A stretch of 64,000 bases of DNA from an uncultured beta proteobacterium (lineage in GTDB: Bacteria > Pseudomonadota > Gammaproteobacteria > Burkholderiales > Burkholderiaceae_C): NCBI GenBank assembly GCA_963735095.1, contig CAVTJT010000014.1, positions 268 to 64,267 of the forward strand, read 5' to 3'. Positions 8,738 to 19,207 of the stretch are shown piece after piece. Made by a program: the position numbers and the translations under genes. Each line of letters opens with the position of its first letter. Within the stretch, counting starts at the first letter, position 1. A model generated the notes under the pieces. It was not told the DNA's origin, ran no database searches, and worked only from the letters and a program-made list of their open reading frames with translations.

Positions 8738-9472
8738 TCACAGCCTCACCTCCACCTGTCGCGTGGCCACCGCACGGCCGGTGACCACGCGGCCACCGTC
8801 GATGCGCACCTTGGCGCTCTGGCCGTCGATGCCCGGGCCCAGGGCCTGGCCCTCGGCACTGACCGAAAAGCCGCTGCCGACGCTGACGATGCGCACAGTG
8901 TCGCCGGCGGCGAACCACTGGCGCGCCTTGAGATCGACCTCGCGCAGCGCCTGGCCGGGTTTCAGTGCGCGCGCCAGCGGACGGCCGATGGCCGCTTGCG
9001 GCTGATGGATCACCGGGCTCGGCTCGGCCGCGATGTCGACCTCGTCGAGCTGCAGGTGTTCGCTGGCGAGCACGGTGCCAAGAGCCAGCGGCTGGTTCAC
9101 CGTCCAGGCCTTGGCGTACACCTTCACCGTCACCGGCAGGAACACACTCCAGCGCGCGCCTTCGGCGCAACGCAGGCCCACCTGCGCGCGGCCCCACAGG
9201 CGCGTGCCGGCAGGCAGATAGGGCGTGATGCGCTCGCACGGCGCGAGCTTGAGGCGCGGATCGAGCGATCCCACGTCGACTTCGATCCGCGTGCCCGCGG
9301 GCATGCCGGCGCCGGCCTGGTTGGCCAGCGCGCGGATCTGCGCCTGCCAGTCCTGCACCGAGGCCGGCTGTGCCGCTGCGATCGCAGGGGCGAGCGCGCA
9401 CAGGGCCAGCACACACGCCGATGCATGCACTGACAAAGAGGGCGATCGAATTGACTCGTTCACGGGATGCAT
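8738..9472 (-). CDS. flgA: Flagellar P-ring assembly chaperone FlgA
   Basis: Has a signal peptide, and a C-terminal SAF-like region (GQALREVDLKARQWFAAGDTVRIV...GQSAKVRIDGGRVVTGRAV). It is divergent from flgB. Confidence 0.85.
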   Translation of the reverse strand: MHPVNESIRSPSLSVHASACVLALCALAPAIAAAQPASVQDWQAQIRALANQAGAGMPAGTRIEVDVGSLDPRLKLAPCERITPYLPAGTRLWGRAQVGLRCAEGARWSVFLPVTVKVYAKAWTVNQPLALGTVLASEHLQLDEVDIAAEPSPVIHQPQAAIGRPLARALKPGQALREVDLKARQWFAAGDTVRIVSVGSGFSVSAEGQALGPGIDGQSAKVRIDGGRVVTGRAVATRQVEVRL

Positions 9473-9644
9473 GGTCGGGGCACAAAGGCCCGCGTGGTGC
9501 TCGGATATGCGCCGCCAAGGGCCCTCTTTTCGCGCTTAGGTTGCGAGCCGGCCCTGCCCACAATGGTCCGAAGCTGCTCTCCTCGTGTGTGCGATCCGTC
9601 ACGGTTCGCCAGCCACGCCAAAGCAGCGTGGAAAGGACCTTCGC

Positions 9645-10055
9645 ATGCAACGGCTCACCGATGCGCTCGACTTCCAGACCCAGGCCCTGGTGCTGCGCGC
9701 CGAGCGCCAGCGCCTGATCGCCAGCAACATCGCCAACGCCGACACGCCGGGCTACGTGGCGCGCGACATGGACTTCGCGCGCGCGCTGCGCGAGGCCACC
9801 GGCCAGGCCGTCGGCCGCGGCCGTGAAGACGACGCAGGCCGGCCACATCCCGGTCGGCCGGCGGCGCCCGCGGCCGAGGCGCAGCTGCTGTACACGCGGC
9901 CGGCGCAGAACAACCTCGACGGCAACAGCGTCGACATGGACCGCGAGCGCGCGGCGTTCGCCGACAACACGGTGAAGTACGAAGCCACGCTGCGCTTCAT
10001 CAACGGCACCGTGCGCACGATGCTCGATGCGATGAAGTCGCACAACCAGGCCTGA
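9645..10055 (+). CDS. flgB: Flagellar proximal rod protein FlgB
   Basis: MQRLTDALDFQTQALVLRAERQRLIASNIANADTPGY...DGNSVDMDRERAAFADNTVKYEATLRF. The ORF is intact, but see the finding on 9816..9861. Confidence 0.9.
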   Translation: MQRLTDALDFQTQALVLRAERQRLIASNIANADTPGYVARDMDFARALREATGQAVGRGREDDAGRPHPGRPAAPAAEAQLLYTRPAQNNLDGNSVDMDRERAAFADNTVKYEATLRFINGTVRTMLDAMKSHNQA

Positions 10056-10068
10056 GGAGACTGACGCC

Positions 10069-10494
10069 ATGAGCATGTTCCAGATCTTCAACGTGTCGGG
10101 CAGCGCCACCAGCGCGCAGACGCAGCGCCTCAACGTGGTGGCCTCCAACCTGGCCAACGCCGACACCGTGGCCGGCCCCGATGGCCAGGCCTACAAGGCG
10201 CGCCAGGTGGTGTTCCAGACCCAGCTGATGGGCGAGGTGGTGAGCACCGGCGGCCAGGCCGGCGCCGCGGGCGTGCGAGTGAGCACGATCGCCGAAGACA
10301 ACACGCCGGGCCGCCGCGTGCACGACCCCAAACATCCGGGCGCCGACGCGCAGGGCTACGTGACCTACAGCAACGTCAATCCGGTCGAGGAGATGGTCAA
10401 CATGATCTCGGCCTCGCGCTCGTACCAGAACAACGTGGAAGTGATGAACACGGCCAAGAACCTGCTGCTGAAGACGCTGCAGCTCGGCCAGTGA
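10069..10494 (+). CDS. flgC: Flagellar proximal rod protein FlgC
   Basis: MSMFQIFNVSGSATSAQTQRLNVVASNLANADT...SNVNPVEEMVNMISASRSYQNNVEVM. Confidence 0.95.
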   Translation: MSMFQIFNVSGSATSAQTQRLNVVASNLANADTVAGPDGQAYKARQVVFQTQLMGEVVSTGGQAGAAGVRVSTIAEDNTPGRRVHDPKHPGADAQGYVTYSNVNPVEEMVNMISASRSYQNNVEVMNTAKNLLLKTLQLGQ

Positions 10495-10513
10495 CCGCAC
10501 GCCGCTGAGTCCA

Positions 10514-10595
10514 ATGAAACAGCCCCCACGCTCGCTCCGCTCGCTGCCCCCCGAGGGGGCGCGTCAGTGCCTTCGGGCGGCCGGGCGCCACTGAC
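10514..10595 (+). repeat. Palindromic intergenic element, copy B
   Basis: ATGAAACAGCCCCCACGCTCGC...GCTGCCCCCCGAGGGGGCG, then stem GTCAGTG/CACTGAC around loop CCTTCGGGCGGCCGGGCGC. It ends 1 nt before the flgD ATG. Confidence 0.75.
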
Positions 10596-11246
10596 ATGGC
10601 CACCAACCCGATCTCATCGAACAGCGGCACCGGCGCCGCCGCGACCACGAGCAATGCCGCGGCCAACGCCAACAGCGAGGACCGCTTCCTCAAGCTGCTG
10701 GTGGCGCAGCTGCAGAACCAGGATCCGCTCAACCCGATGGACAACGCGCAGGTCACGAGCCAGATGGCGCAGATCCAGACCGTGAGCGGCATCGAGAAGC
10801 TGAACTCGACCGTGCTCGGCCTGAATGCGCAGTTCGCGCAGCTGCAGACGCTGGGCGGCGCCGCGCTGGTCGGCCGCCACGTGCTGATCGAAGGCAACCG
10901 CATGGTGGCCGCCGACGGCGCGGGCCATGGCGGCTTCGAGCTCGCCTCGCAGGCCGATCGCGTGAAGCTCGAGGTGCTCGATGGCGCCGGCCGCGTGATC
11001 GACACCGTCGATCTCGGTGCCCATGCGAGCGGCCGCCACAGCTTCGACTGGATGCCGCCGGCCGGCGTCGATGCCGCCCAGGCAACCAAGTTCCGCATCA
11101 CCGCGACCCTGGGCACCACGGCCGTGGCGACCACCACCTACACGCGCGACCGAGTGGACGCCGTGAGCGCCGGCGCCGAAGGCCTGGTGCTGGAGCTGGC
11201 AATGCCGGCCCGGTGGGCTACGACAAGGTCAAGGTCTTCGATTGAG
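10596..11246 (+). pseudogene. flgD: Flagellar hook capping protein FlgD; one frame break near 11200
   Basis: DRFLKLLVAQLQNQDPLNPMDNAQVTSQMAQIQTVSGIEKL is the FlgD signature. After ...LVLELA the FlgD-like ending NAGPVGYDKVKVFD-stop (11244..11246) is in the next frame. Confidence 0.85.
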
Positions 11247-11295
11247 TTCGTCTTCTCGTGTTTGAACCACCTCCGATCATTGACAGGGAGTTGAT

Positions 11296-12560
11296 ATGAG
11301 TTTCCAACAAGGTTTGTCCGGCCTGAACGCCACCGCCAAGAGCCTCGAGGTGATCGGCAACAACATCGCCAACGCGGCCACGCCGGGCGCCAAGGCCGCG
11401 CGCGCCGAGTTCTCCGACGTGTACGCCGCCGCGCTCAACGGCGCCGGCGCCAACCCGATCGGCATCGGTGTCAACCTCGCGTCGGTGTCGCAGCAGTTCA
11501 CGCAGGGCAACATCCTGACCACCGAGAACCCGATGGACCTGGCCATCAACGGCAACGGGTTCTTCCAGGTGACCGACGGCAACAACCCGGTGACCTACAC
11601 GCGCAACGGCCAGTTCAAGATCGACCGCGACGGCTACATCATCAACAACCAGCTGCAACGCCTGCTCGGCTATCCCGCCGACGGCACCGGCGCGATCCAG
11701 CCCGGCGCGGCGCGCGCGCTGCAACTGCCCACCTCGGGCATCAACCCGCAGGTGTCGAGCGCGATCGACATGGAGTTCAACCTCGACTCGCGCGTCGGCA
11801 ACACGGCGCCCACCGCGGGCGCGCAGATCAACTTCGCCGATGCGAGCACCTACAACAACGCCACCTCGCTCAACGTGTACGACCAGCGCGGGCAGGACGT
11901 GGCGCTGACGTTCTACTTCCAGAAGTCGGCCACCGACACCTGGAACGTGTTCGTCACCGCCAACGGCACCACGGTGGGCGGCACGGCCTTGGCGCCGACG
12001 CCGATCACGACCATGACCTTTCCGGCCAGCGGTGCGGCGCCGACCGCGCCGAGCACGCCGATCACGCTGAACATTCCGGCATCGACCAACGCCAACGGCG
12101 CCGCGACGCTGCGCGATTCCCGGCATCCAGCTCGACCTGACCAGCGCCACGCAGTTCGGCGCCGGCTTCGGCGTGACCGACATGTCGCAGGACGGTTTCG
12201 CACCGGGCCAGCTGAACAGCATCGCGATCGAGAGCAACGGCATCGTGATGGCGCGCTATTCCAACGGCCAGAGCCGTCCGGCCGGCCAGATCGAGATCGC
12301 CTCGTTCCGCAACCCGCAGGGCCTGCAGCCGCTGGGCGGCAACGCCTGGGGCCGCAGCTTCACCTCGGGCGACGCCGTGCTCGGCACGCCGGGCACCGGC
12401 AACTTCGGGCGTGCTGCAGTCGGGCGCGCTGGAGGAGAGCAACGTCGACCTGACGGGCGAGCTGGTCAACATGATCACCGCGCAACGCATCTACCAGGCC
12501 AACGCGCAGACCATCAAGACCATCGACCAGACGATGCAGACGCTGGTCAACATGCGCTGA
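11296..12560 (+). pseudogene. flgE: Flagellar hook protein FlgE; two frame breaks (about 12113 and 12407-12409)
   Basis: N-terminus MSFQQGLSGLNATAKSLEVIGNNIANA. The middle ([49 protein letters not shown]) is in the frame of ORF 12173... The C-terminus ([49 protein letters not shown]-stop at 12558) is in the third frame. Total length is not a multiple of 3. Confidence 0.9.
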
Positions 12561-12590
12561 TGCCGCGCCGCACAGGCACTGAACCTGGAG

Positions 12591-13322
12591 ATGCGCATGG
12601 ACCGCATGATCTACCTGTCGATGACGGGCGCCAAGGCGACCATGCAACGCCAGGAGGTGCTGGCGCACAACCTGGCCAACGCCTCGACGCCTGGCTTTCG
12701 CGCCGAGCTCACCGCGTTTCGCGCCGTGCCGGTGCTTGGGCAAGGGGCAGCGACGCGCGTCTACGCGCTCGAGTCGACGCCGGGCTACAACGCCGAGCCG
12801 GGCGCGGTGCAGGCCACCGGGCGCAACCTCGACGTGGCGATGAAGGGCAACACCTGGCTCGCCGTGCAGGGGCTCGACGGCACCGAGGCCTACACGCGCA
12901 CCGGTGCGCTCGACGTCAACAACGAAGGCGTGCTGATCACCAAGACCGGCCTCACGGTGCTGGGCGATGGCGGGCCGATCACGGTGCCCGCCAATGCCCA
13001 GGTTCAGATCGCGCCCGACGGCACGATCAGCGCCGCGGTCGGCAACGCCAAACCGCAGTCGGTGGGCAAGCTCAAGCTGGTGACACCCGAGGCGCCATTG
13101 CAGCGCGGCGAGGACGGCTTGTTCCGCGCTGCCAACGGCGACCTGTCGGCCGACCCCGAGGCGCGCGTGCAGGACAGCGCGCTCGAAGGCAGCAACGTCA
13201 GCCCGGTCGAAACGATGATCGCGATGATCGCGGCCGCGCGCCAGTTCGAGCAGCAGATGAAGATGGTGCACAGCGCGCAGGAAAAAGAGCAGGCCGGCAC
13301 CAAGCTGCTGTCGAATGGTTGA
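12591..13322 (+). CDS. flgF: Flagellar proximal rod protein FlgF
   Basis: [37 protein letters not shown]...[28 protein letters not shown]. Confidence 0.9.
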   Translation: MRMDRMIYLSMTGAKATMQRQEVLAHNLANASTPGFRAELTAFRAVPVLGQGAATRVYALESTPGYNAEPGAVQATGRNLDVAMKGNTWLAVQGLDGTEAYTRTGALDVNNEGVLITKTGLTVLGDGGPITVPANAQVQIAPDGTISAAVGNAKPQSVGKLKLVTPEAPLQRGEDGLFRAANGDLSADPEARVQDSALEGSNVSPVETMIAMIAAARQFEQQMKMVHSAQEKEQAGTKLLSNG

Positions 13323-13408
13323 CCCCCACGCTTGGCGCTGCGCGCCTGCGCTGCCCCCCGAGGGGGCGCAGCCCGGCTTGGGACGGCCCGGCGCCGGGCT
13401 GGGCTGAC
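13319..13408 (+). repeat. Palindromic intergenic element, copy C
   Basis: TTGACCCCCACGC...GCTGCCCCCCGAGGGGGCG, then stem CAGCCCGG/CCGGGCTG around loop CTTGGGACGGCCCGGCG. Its TGA is the flgF stop. Confidence 0.75.
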
Positions 13409-13519
13409 CCGCGCGGTTACCTTCACCCGCAAGAAGCGCTGCCTCGGCAGCGCTTTTCGCCTTATCGGCGGCCTCAAGGCCGGCGGATCATCGTTCCACA
13501 CTTCCGTGGAGCCACGGCC

Positions 13520-14302
13520 ATGATGCGTTCGCTTTGGATCAGCAAGACCGGGATGGAGGCCCAGCAAACCCAGCTGGACACCATCGCCCACAACCTCGCC
13601 AACGTGGGGACCAACGGATTCAAGCGCGGCCACGCCGTGTTCGAAGACCTGATCTACCAGAACCTGCGCCAGGCGGGCGCCAACAGCTCCGAGCAGACGC
13701 AGTTGCCGACCGGCCTGCAGGTCGGCCTCGGCGTGCGGCCGGTGTCGCTGTCACGCAATTTCTCGCAGGGCAACCTGCAGCAGACCGGCAACACGCTCGA
13801 CATCGCGGTCAAGGGCAGCGGCTTCTTCCAGATCCAGATGCCCGACGGCAGCGTGGCCTACACACGCGATGGTGCGTTCCAGGTCGATGCACAAGGTCGC
13901 CTGGTCACCAACAACGGCTTCGTGGTGCAGCCCGGCATCACGATCCCGGCCAACGCGCAGAGCGTGACGATCGCCGCCGACGGCACCGTGGGCGCATTGC
14001 TGCCTGCGCAGTCGGCACCCACCACGGTGGGGCAATTGCAGCTGGTGTCGTTCACCAATCCGGCGGGCCTGGAGCCGCGCGGTCAGAACCTGTTCACCGA
14101 GACCGCCGCATCGGGCACGCCGAACGCGGCCGCACCGGGCAGCGACGGCCTCGGCACGCTGGCGCAAGGCTACGTGGAGACCAGCAACGTCAACGTCGTC
14201 GAAGAGCTGGTGGCGATGATCCAGACGCAGCGTGCCTACGAGATCAACTCCAAGGCGATCCAGACCTCCGACCAGATGCTGCAGCGTCTGGGCCAGCTGT
14301 GA
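13520..14302 (+). CDS. flgG: Flagellar distal rod protein FlgG
   Basis: [36 protein letters not shown]...[38 protein letters not shown], with GGAG upstream. Confidence 0.95.
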   Translation: MMRSLWISKTGMEAQQTQLDTIAHNLANVGTNGFKRGHAVFEDLIYQNLRQAGANSSEQTQLPTGLQVGLGVRPVSLSRNFSQGNLQQTGNTLDIAVKGSGFFQIQMPDGSVAYTRDGAFQVDAQGRLVTNNGFVVQPGITIPANAQSVTIAADGTVGALLPAQSAPTTVGQLQLVSFTNPAGLEPRGQNLFTETAASGTPNAAAPGSDGLGTLAQGYVETSNVNVVEELVAMIQTQRAYEINSKAIQTSDQMLQRLGQL

Positions 14303-14316
14303 TCGATGCGAGGTCG

Positions 14317-15012
14317 ATGATGAAGAGCGGGTCGTTCGCGCTGGTCGCGCTGCTGCTGTTGCCCGGCTGCGCGGCACTCGATGCGGTGCAGCGTGTGCCC
14401 AAGGTCGACGTGATCGACGCCAAGGGCGTCGAGCCGGCCGCGGAGCCCGCGCCGGGGGCCGCACCGCTGCGCAGCAACGGCGCCATCTTCCAGGCGGACC
14501 GATATCGGCCGCTGTTCGAGGACCATCGCGCGCGACTGGTCGGTGACACGCTCACGGTTCACATCATCGAGAAGGTCAGCGCGACGCAGAAGTCCACCAG
14601 CACGGTCGACCGCGAAGGCTCGCTGGAAGCGGGCATCACGGCCATGCCGTTGGCGAGCGCCAATTCGTTCAATCGCGCACGCGCCGAGGCCACGCACAAC
14701 AACACGTTCAGCGGCAAGGGCACCACCGAGAACAGCAATGACTTCTCGGGCACCATCACCGCCACCGTGGTGCGCGTGCTGGCCAACGGCCACCTGATCG
14801 TGGCCGGCGAAAAGCAGATCGGCGTCAACGCCAACGTCGACGTGCTGCGCTTCTCGGGCCAGGTCGACCCGCGCGCGATCGCGCCGGGCAACTCCGTGCC
14901 GAGCACCGCGATCGCCAACGTGCGCATCGAGCAGCGCGGCCGCGGCCAACAAGCCGAGGCGCAGTCGATGGGCTGGCTGTCGCGCTTTTTCCTGAGCCTG
15001 TGGCCGGTTTGA
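14317..15012 (+). CDS. flgH: Flagellar L-ring lipoprotein FlgH
   Basis: Lipobox LLLPGC. The body has LVGDTLTVHIIEKVSATQKS...ITATVVRVLANGHLIVAGEKQIGVN...GWLSRFF. Confidence 0.9.
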   Translation: MMKSGSFALVALLLLPGCAALDAVQRVPKVDVIDAKGVEPAAEPAPGAAPLRSNGAIFQADRYRPLFEDHRARLVGDTLTVHIIEKVSATQKSTSTVDREGSLEAGITAMPLASANSFNRARAEATHNNTFSGKGTTENSNDFSGTITATVVRVLANGHLIVAGEKQIGVNANVDVLRFSGQVDPRAIAPGNSVPSTAIANVRIEQRGRGQQAEAQSMGWLSRFFLSLWPV

Positions 15013-15019
15013 GGATCGC

Positions 15020-16195
15020 TTGCACATGAACACCACCCAGTACGACACTCAGTTCGAGCTGCCGACACCGCAACCGAGCGAGCGCGCGCTGACGCGGCTG
15101 GTGTGGTTGGTGGTGGCACTCGCCGGCCTGCTGCTGTGCTGGCCCACGCACGCTGCGCGCATCAAGGAAGTGGCCAGCGTGCAAGGCGTGCGCTCCAACC
15201 AGCTCACCGGCTATGGCCTGGTGGTCGGCCTCGACGGCACCGGCGACCAGAGCTCGCAGGCGCCGTTCACCGCGCAAAGCATCATCGCCATGCTGCAGCA
15301 GATGGGCGTGAGCCTGCCCAGCGGCACGCAGATGCAGCTGCGCAACGTGGCCGCGGTGGTGGTCACCGCCGAGCTGCCGGCATTTGCGCAGCCCGGCCAG
15401 CGCATCGACACCACGGTGTCGTCGATCGCCAATGCCAAGAGCTTGCGCGGCGGCACCTTGATCGCCACGCCGCTGAAAGGCGCGGACGGCCAGATCTACG
15501 CATTCGCGCAGGGCAACCTGGTGGTCGGCGGCGCCGGCGCGGCGGCCGGCGGGTCCAGCGTGCAGATCAACCACCTGCTGGCCGGGCGCGTGCCGCAGGG
15601 CGCGACCGTGGAGCGCTCGGTACCCACGCCGCTGCAGCAGGGTGACTGGCTGCAGCTCGACTTGAATGCGGCCGACTTCGCCACTGCGCGCGAAGTGGCG
15701 CGCACGATCAACGCCGCCAAGGGCAACGGCACCGCACAGGCGCTCGACGGCCGTGTGGTGCGCGTGCGCATGCCCGGCGAGCCCGACGAACGCGTGGCCT
15801 TCCTGGCCGATATCGAGAACCTGGCGGTGGCATTGCCGCGGCCAGCCGCCAAGATCGTGCTCAACGCGCGCACTGGCTCGGTGGTAATGAACGAGGCGGT
15901 GACCTTGGGCGCCTGCGCGGTGGCGCATGGCGCGCTGTCGGTGACGATCAGCTCCACGCCGGTGGTCAGCCAGCCGGCGCCGTTCAGCAACAGCGGCCGC
16001 ACCGTGCACACCGAGCAGGCCGACATCTCGATCACCACACAAAGCGGCTCGCTGATGCAGATGAAGGCCGGCGCCGACCTCGGCGAGGTGGTGAAGGCGC
16101 TCAACACCATGGGCGCCACGCCGCAAGCACTGTTGGCGATCCTGCAGGCGATGAAGAGCGCCGGCGCGTTGAACGCCGAGATCGAGGTGATATGA
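15020..16195 (+). CDS. flgI: Flagellar P-ring protein FlgI
   Basis: RIKEVASVQGVRSNQLTGYGLVVGLDGTGDQ...LGEVVKALNTMGATPQALLAILQAMKSAGALNAEIEVI. Confidence 0.95.
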   Translation: MHMNTTQYDTQFELPTPQPSERALTRLVWLVVALAGLLLCWPTHAARIKEVASVQGVRSNQLTGYGLVVGLDGTGDQSSQAPFTAQSIIAMLQQMGVSLPSGTQMQLRNVAAVVVTAELPAFAQPGQRIDTTVSSIANAKSLRGGTLIATPLKGADGQIYAFAQGNLVVGGAGAAAGGSSVQINHLLAGRVPQGATVERSVPTPLQQGDWLQLDLNAADFATAREVARTINAAKGNGTAQALDGRVVRVRMPGEPDERVAFLADIENLAVALPRPAAKIVLNARTGSVVMNEAVTLGACAVAHGALSVTISSTPVVSQPAPFSNSGRTVHTEQADISITTQSGSLMQMKAGADLGEVVKALNTMGATPQALLAILQAMKSAGALNAEIEVI

Positions 16196-16318
16196 ACCCA
16201 CCCCCGATGCGGCCTGGCGGCCGCCTCCCCCTCAAGGGGGCGCCGCCAGCGGACCGGCAAAGCCGGATCCGCGGCGTCCGCTTGGCTTCGAGCGTGCAAC
16301 GCCTGGTGGGGCGCGCCT
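16192..16318 (+). repeat. Palindromic intergenic element, copy D (long variant)
   Basis: ATGAACCCACCCCCGATGCGGCCTGGCGGCCGCCTCCCCCTCAAGGGGGCGCCGCCAGCGGACCGGC...GCCGGATCCGCGGCGTCCGCTTGG. It is nearly identical over about 95 nt to the copy at 26020. Its ATGA overlaps the flgI stop. Confidence 0.75.
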
Positions 16319-16340
16319 TCAAGCCACGGAGTGCCTGATC

Positions 16341-17210
16341 ATGGTTGCTTCTTTCAATGCCATCGCCGGCGATGCGCGCAGCCTGCAGGCGCTGCGCAGC
16401 GATGCGGCGCGCGATCCGAAGGTCGCGGCCAAGGAAGCGGCGCGCCAGTTCGAAGCGCTGTTCATGCAGGAGCTGATGAAGAGCATGCGCGCGGCGCAGC
16501 TGTCGAGCGGCCTGTTCGACAACGATGCCAGCCGCATGGGCACCGAGATGCTCGACGCGCAGATGGCGCAGTCGTTCGCCGGCCGCCCGGGCGGGTTGTC
16601 GGAGGTGATCGCCAAGCAGCTCGAGCGGCAGATGGGCTTGAACCCGGGCCCGATCCCGAAGCCCGACAGCAAGCCGTTGGTGCTGCAGACACCAGAGCAG
16701 GCGGCGCGCGCAGCCCGTGCGCCGCGGATTCCGGAGAGGGCCGCGGCATCGTTCGTGCAGCGACACGAGCAGGCGGCGGCGGCCGCCGAGCGAACCAGCG
16801 GCATCCCGGCGTCGTTCATGCTGGCGCAGGCCGGCCACGAGTCGGGCTGGGGCCGCCACGAGATCAAGCACGCCGACGGCACGTCCACCCACAACCTGTT
16901 CGGCATCAAGGCCGGTGCCAGCTGGAAGGGTGCCGTGGCCGAGGTGACGACCACCGAATACGTCAACGGCGAGCCGAAGCGTTTGGTGCAGCGCTTTCGC
17001 GCCTACGCGAGCCCCGCCGAATCGTTTGCCGACTACGCCGCCTTGATGAAGAGCCAGCCGCGCTACAAGGCGGTGGTGGCGGCCGGCAACGACGCGCGCG
17101 CATTCGCCGAAGGCCTGCAGCGCGCCGGGTATGCCACCGACCCGCGCTACGCCGACAAGTTGAGCGGCGCCATTGCCACCACGCAGCGTCTGCGCGGCGG
17201 CGTGACCTGA
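16341..17210 (+). CDS. flgJ: Flagellar rod assembly protein / peptidoglycan hydrolase FlgJ
   Basis: The N-terminal rod-binding region is AAKEAARQFEALFMQELMKSMR. The C-terminal glucosaminidase domain is AGHESGWGRHEI...NLFGIK...YATDPRYADKL. Confidence 0.9.
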   Translation: MVASFNAIAGDARSLQALRSDAARDPKVAAKEAARQFEALFMQELMKSMRAAQLSSGLFDNDASRMGTEMLDAQMAQSFAGRPGGLSEVIAKQLERQMGLNPGPIPKPDSKPLVLQTPEQAARAARAPRIPERAAASFVQRHEQAAAAAERTSGIPASFMLAQAGHESGWGRHEIKHADGTSTHNLFGIKAGASWKGAVAEVTTTEYVNGEPKRLVQRFRAYASPAESFADYAALMKSQPRYKAVVAAGNDARAFAEGLQRAGYATDPRYADKLSGAIATTQRLRGGVT

Positions 17211-17226
17211 TCACGAGAGGAAAGAC

Positions 17227-19188
17227 ATGAGTGCATCCGGCCTGATGTCGATCGGCGTTCGCGCGATGAATGCCAACTACGTGGGCTTGCAGACCAGCGG
17301 CCACAACATCGCCAACGCCGGCGTCGAGGGCTACTCGCGCCAGCAGGTCGATCTGCAGACCGCGCTCGGCCAGTTTACCGGCGCCGGCTTCTTCGGCAAG
17401 GGCGTCGACGTCAAGACCGTGGCGCGCGTGTACGACCAGTTCCTGACGCGCGAGGCGATGACGTCGCGCGCGCAGTCGTCGTTCGACACGGCACGGCTGG
17501 ATCGGCTGCAGCAACTGGAATCGCTGTTCGCCGGCGGCGACGACGGCATCGGCCAGTCGGCCGGCGCCTTGCTCAACGCGATGGTCGATCTCGCCAGCCA
17601 CCCGCAGGACCTGGCGTCACGCAACGTCGTGCTCGGCCGCGCCGGTGAACTGGCCGCGCGCTTCTCCACCGCCGCGGCACAGCTCGACGACATCCAATCC
17701 GGCGTCACGCAGGAACTCGGCGCGATGGTGGCGCAGGTCAACGAGATCGCACGGCAGATCGCCAGCGTGAACGACCGCATCGCGATTGCGCAGGGGACCG
17801 GTCATACGCCGAACGACCTGCTCGATCAGCGCGACCGCTTGCTGTCCGATCTGTCGTCGCACGTGCAGATCACCACCGTGGCCGCTGACGATGGCTCGGT
17901 GTCGGTGTTCGTCGGCGGCGGCCAGCGCCTGGTGTTGGGTGGCCAGGCGTCGCAGCTGCAAGTGGCGGCCGATCCATACGACGCATCGCGCGTCGCACTC
18001 GGCATCCAGGACGGCGCCAGCGTGCGTCCGCTGTCGGCTGCATTGGTGGGCGGTGGGTCGATCGGCGGCCTGCTGCGCTTCCAGGACGAAGACCTGGTGC
18101 GCGCCCGCACGATGCTTGGACAGCTCGGCGCGGCGATCACCGGCAGCCTCAACATGCAGCAGTCGCTCGGCCTCGACCTCGGCGTGCCGCCGGGTGCGGG
18201 CGCGCCGATGTTCTCGATCGGCGCACCGCAGGCCTTGCCTGCCCAGACCAATGCGCGCACCGCGGGCGGTGCGTTCGTATCAGCCGTGACGCTGACCACC
18301 GTCGATGCATCACAGCTGCTGGCCAGCGAGTACGACCTGGTCAACAACGGGTCGGGCTGGCAACTGACGCGACGGCTCGATGGCTTCACGCAGACCGTGG
18401 TCGACGACCAGGTGGTCGACGGGTTTCGAATCGACCTTGGCACGCCGCCACCGGCCGCGACCGATCGTTTCCTGCTGCAGCCGGTGACACGCGCGGCCAA
18501 CGCGTTGGCACGCGTGCTGGCCGATCCGCGCGGCATCGCGGCGGCCTCACCGGTCACCGCCACGGTCGGAGGCAGCAACACCGGCAGTGCGACCGTGGCC
18601 AGTCTCAATGTGGTGAGCCCGACGGTGAATCCGGACCAGACCGCGACCGTCACGTTCACCTCGGGCAGCGGCGCCTACAACTGGGAGCTGCGTGACCGCA
18701 CGACCAACGCGCTGGTGTCCAGCGGCACCGGCACGTGGGTCGCCGGACAGCCGATCGCATTGAATGGATTCGAGCTCAACCTGGCCGGCGTGCCGGCCAA
18801 CGGCGACGTGTTCACCGTGGCCCAGACGCCATTCCCGGCATCGAACAACGGCAATGCGCTGGCACTGGCCGGCCTGCGCGACGCGATGCTGGTGGGTCGC
18901 GTCGGCAACGGCGCGGGCGGACTCACCGGCGGCATGAACGTCACCGATGCGTGGGCCGCGGCGATGGCCGACATCGGCGTGCGGGCCCAAGGCGCCATGA
19001 CAGCGTCGTCGATCTCGACGCAGGTCGCAGCGGCGGCCAAGGAAGCCTGGTCGTCGCGCTCCGGCGTCAACCTCGACGAAGAGGCCGCCAAGCTGATGTT
19101 CTACCAACAGGGCTACCAGGCTGCAGCCAAGGTGCTGCAGGTGGCGCAAACCTTGTTCGACACGCTGCTCGACGCGACGGCGTCATGA
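17227..19188 (+). CDS. flgK: Flagellar hook-associated protein 1 FlgK
   Basis: MSASGLMSIGVRAMNANYVGLQTSGHNIANAGVEGYSRQ...VNLDEEAAKLMFYQQGYQAAAKVLQVAQTLFDTLL. Confidence 0.9.
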   Translation: MSASGLMSIGVRAMNANYVGLQTSGHNIANAGVEGYSRQQVDLQTALGQFTGAGFFGKGVDVKTVARVYDQFLTREAMTSRAQSSFDTARLDRLQQLESLFAGGDDGIGQSAGALLNAMVDLASHPQDLASRNVVLGRAGELAARFSTAAAQLDDIQSGVTQELGAMVAQVNEIARQIASVNDRIAIAQGTGHTPNDLLDQRDRLLSDLSSHVQITTVAADDGSVSVFVGGGQRLVLGGQASQLQVAADPYDASRVALGIQDGASVRPLSAALVGGGSIGGLLRFQDEDLVRARTMLGQLGAAITGSLNMQQSLGLDLGVPPGAGAPMFSIGAPQALPAQTNARTAGGAFVSAVTLTTVDASQLLASEYDLVNNGSGWQLTRRLDGFTQTVVDDQVVDGFRIDLGTPPPAATDRFLLQPVTRAANALARVLADPRGIAAASPVTATVGGSNTGSATVASLNVVSPTVNPDQTATVTFTSGSGAYNWELRDRTTNALVSSGTGTWVAGQPIALNGFELNLAGVPANGDVFTVAQTPFPASNNGNALALAGLRDAMLVGRVGNGAGGLTGGMNVTDAWAAAMADIGVRAQGAMTASSISTQVAAAAKEAWSSRSGVNLDEEAAKLMFYQQGYQAAAKVLQVAQTLFDTLLDATAS

Positions 19189-19207
19189 CCCTGAAGGCTT
19201 GAGACCG

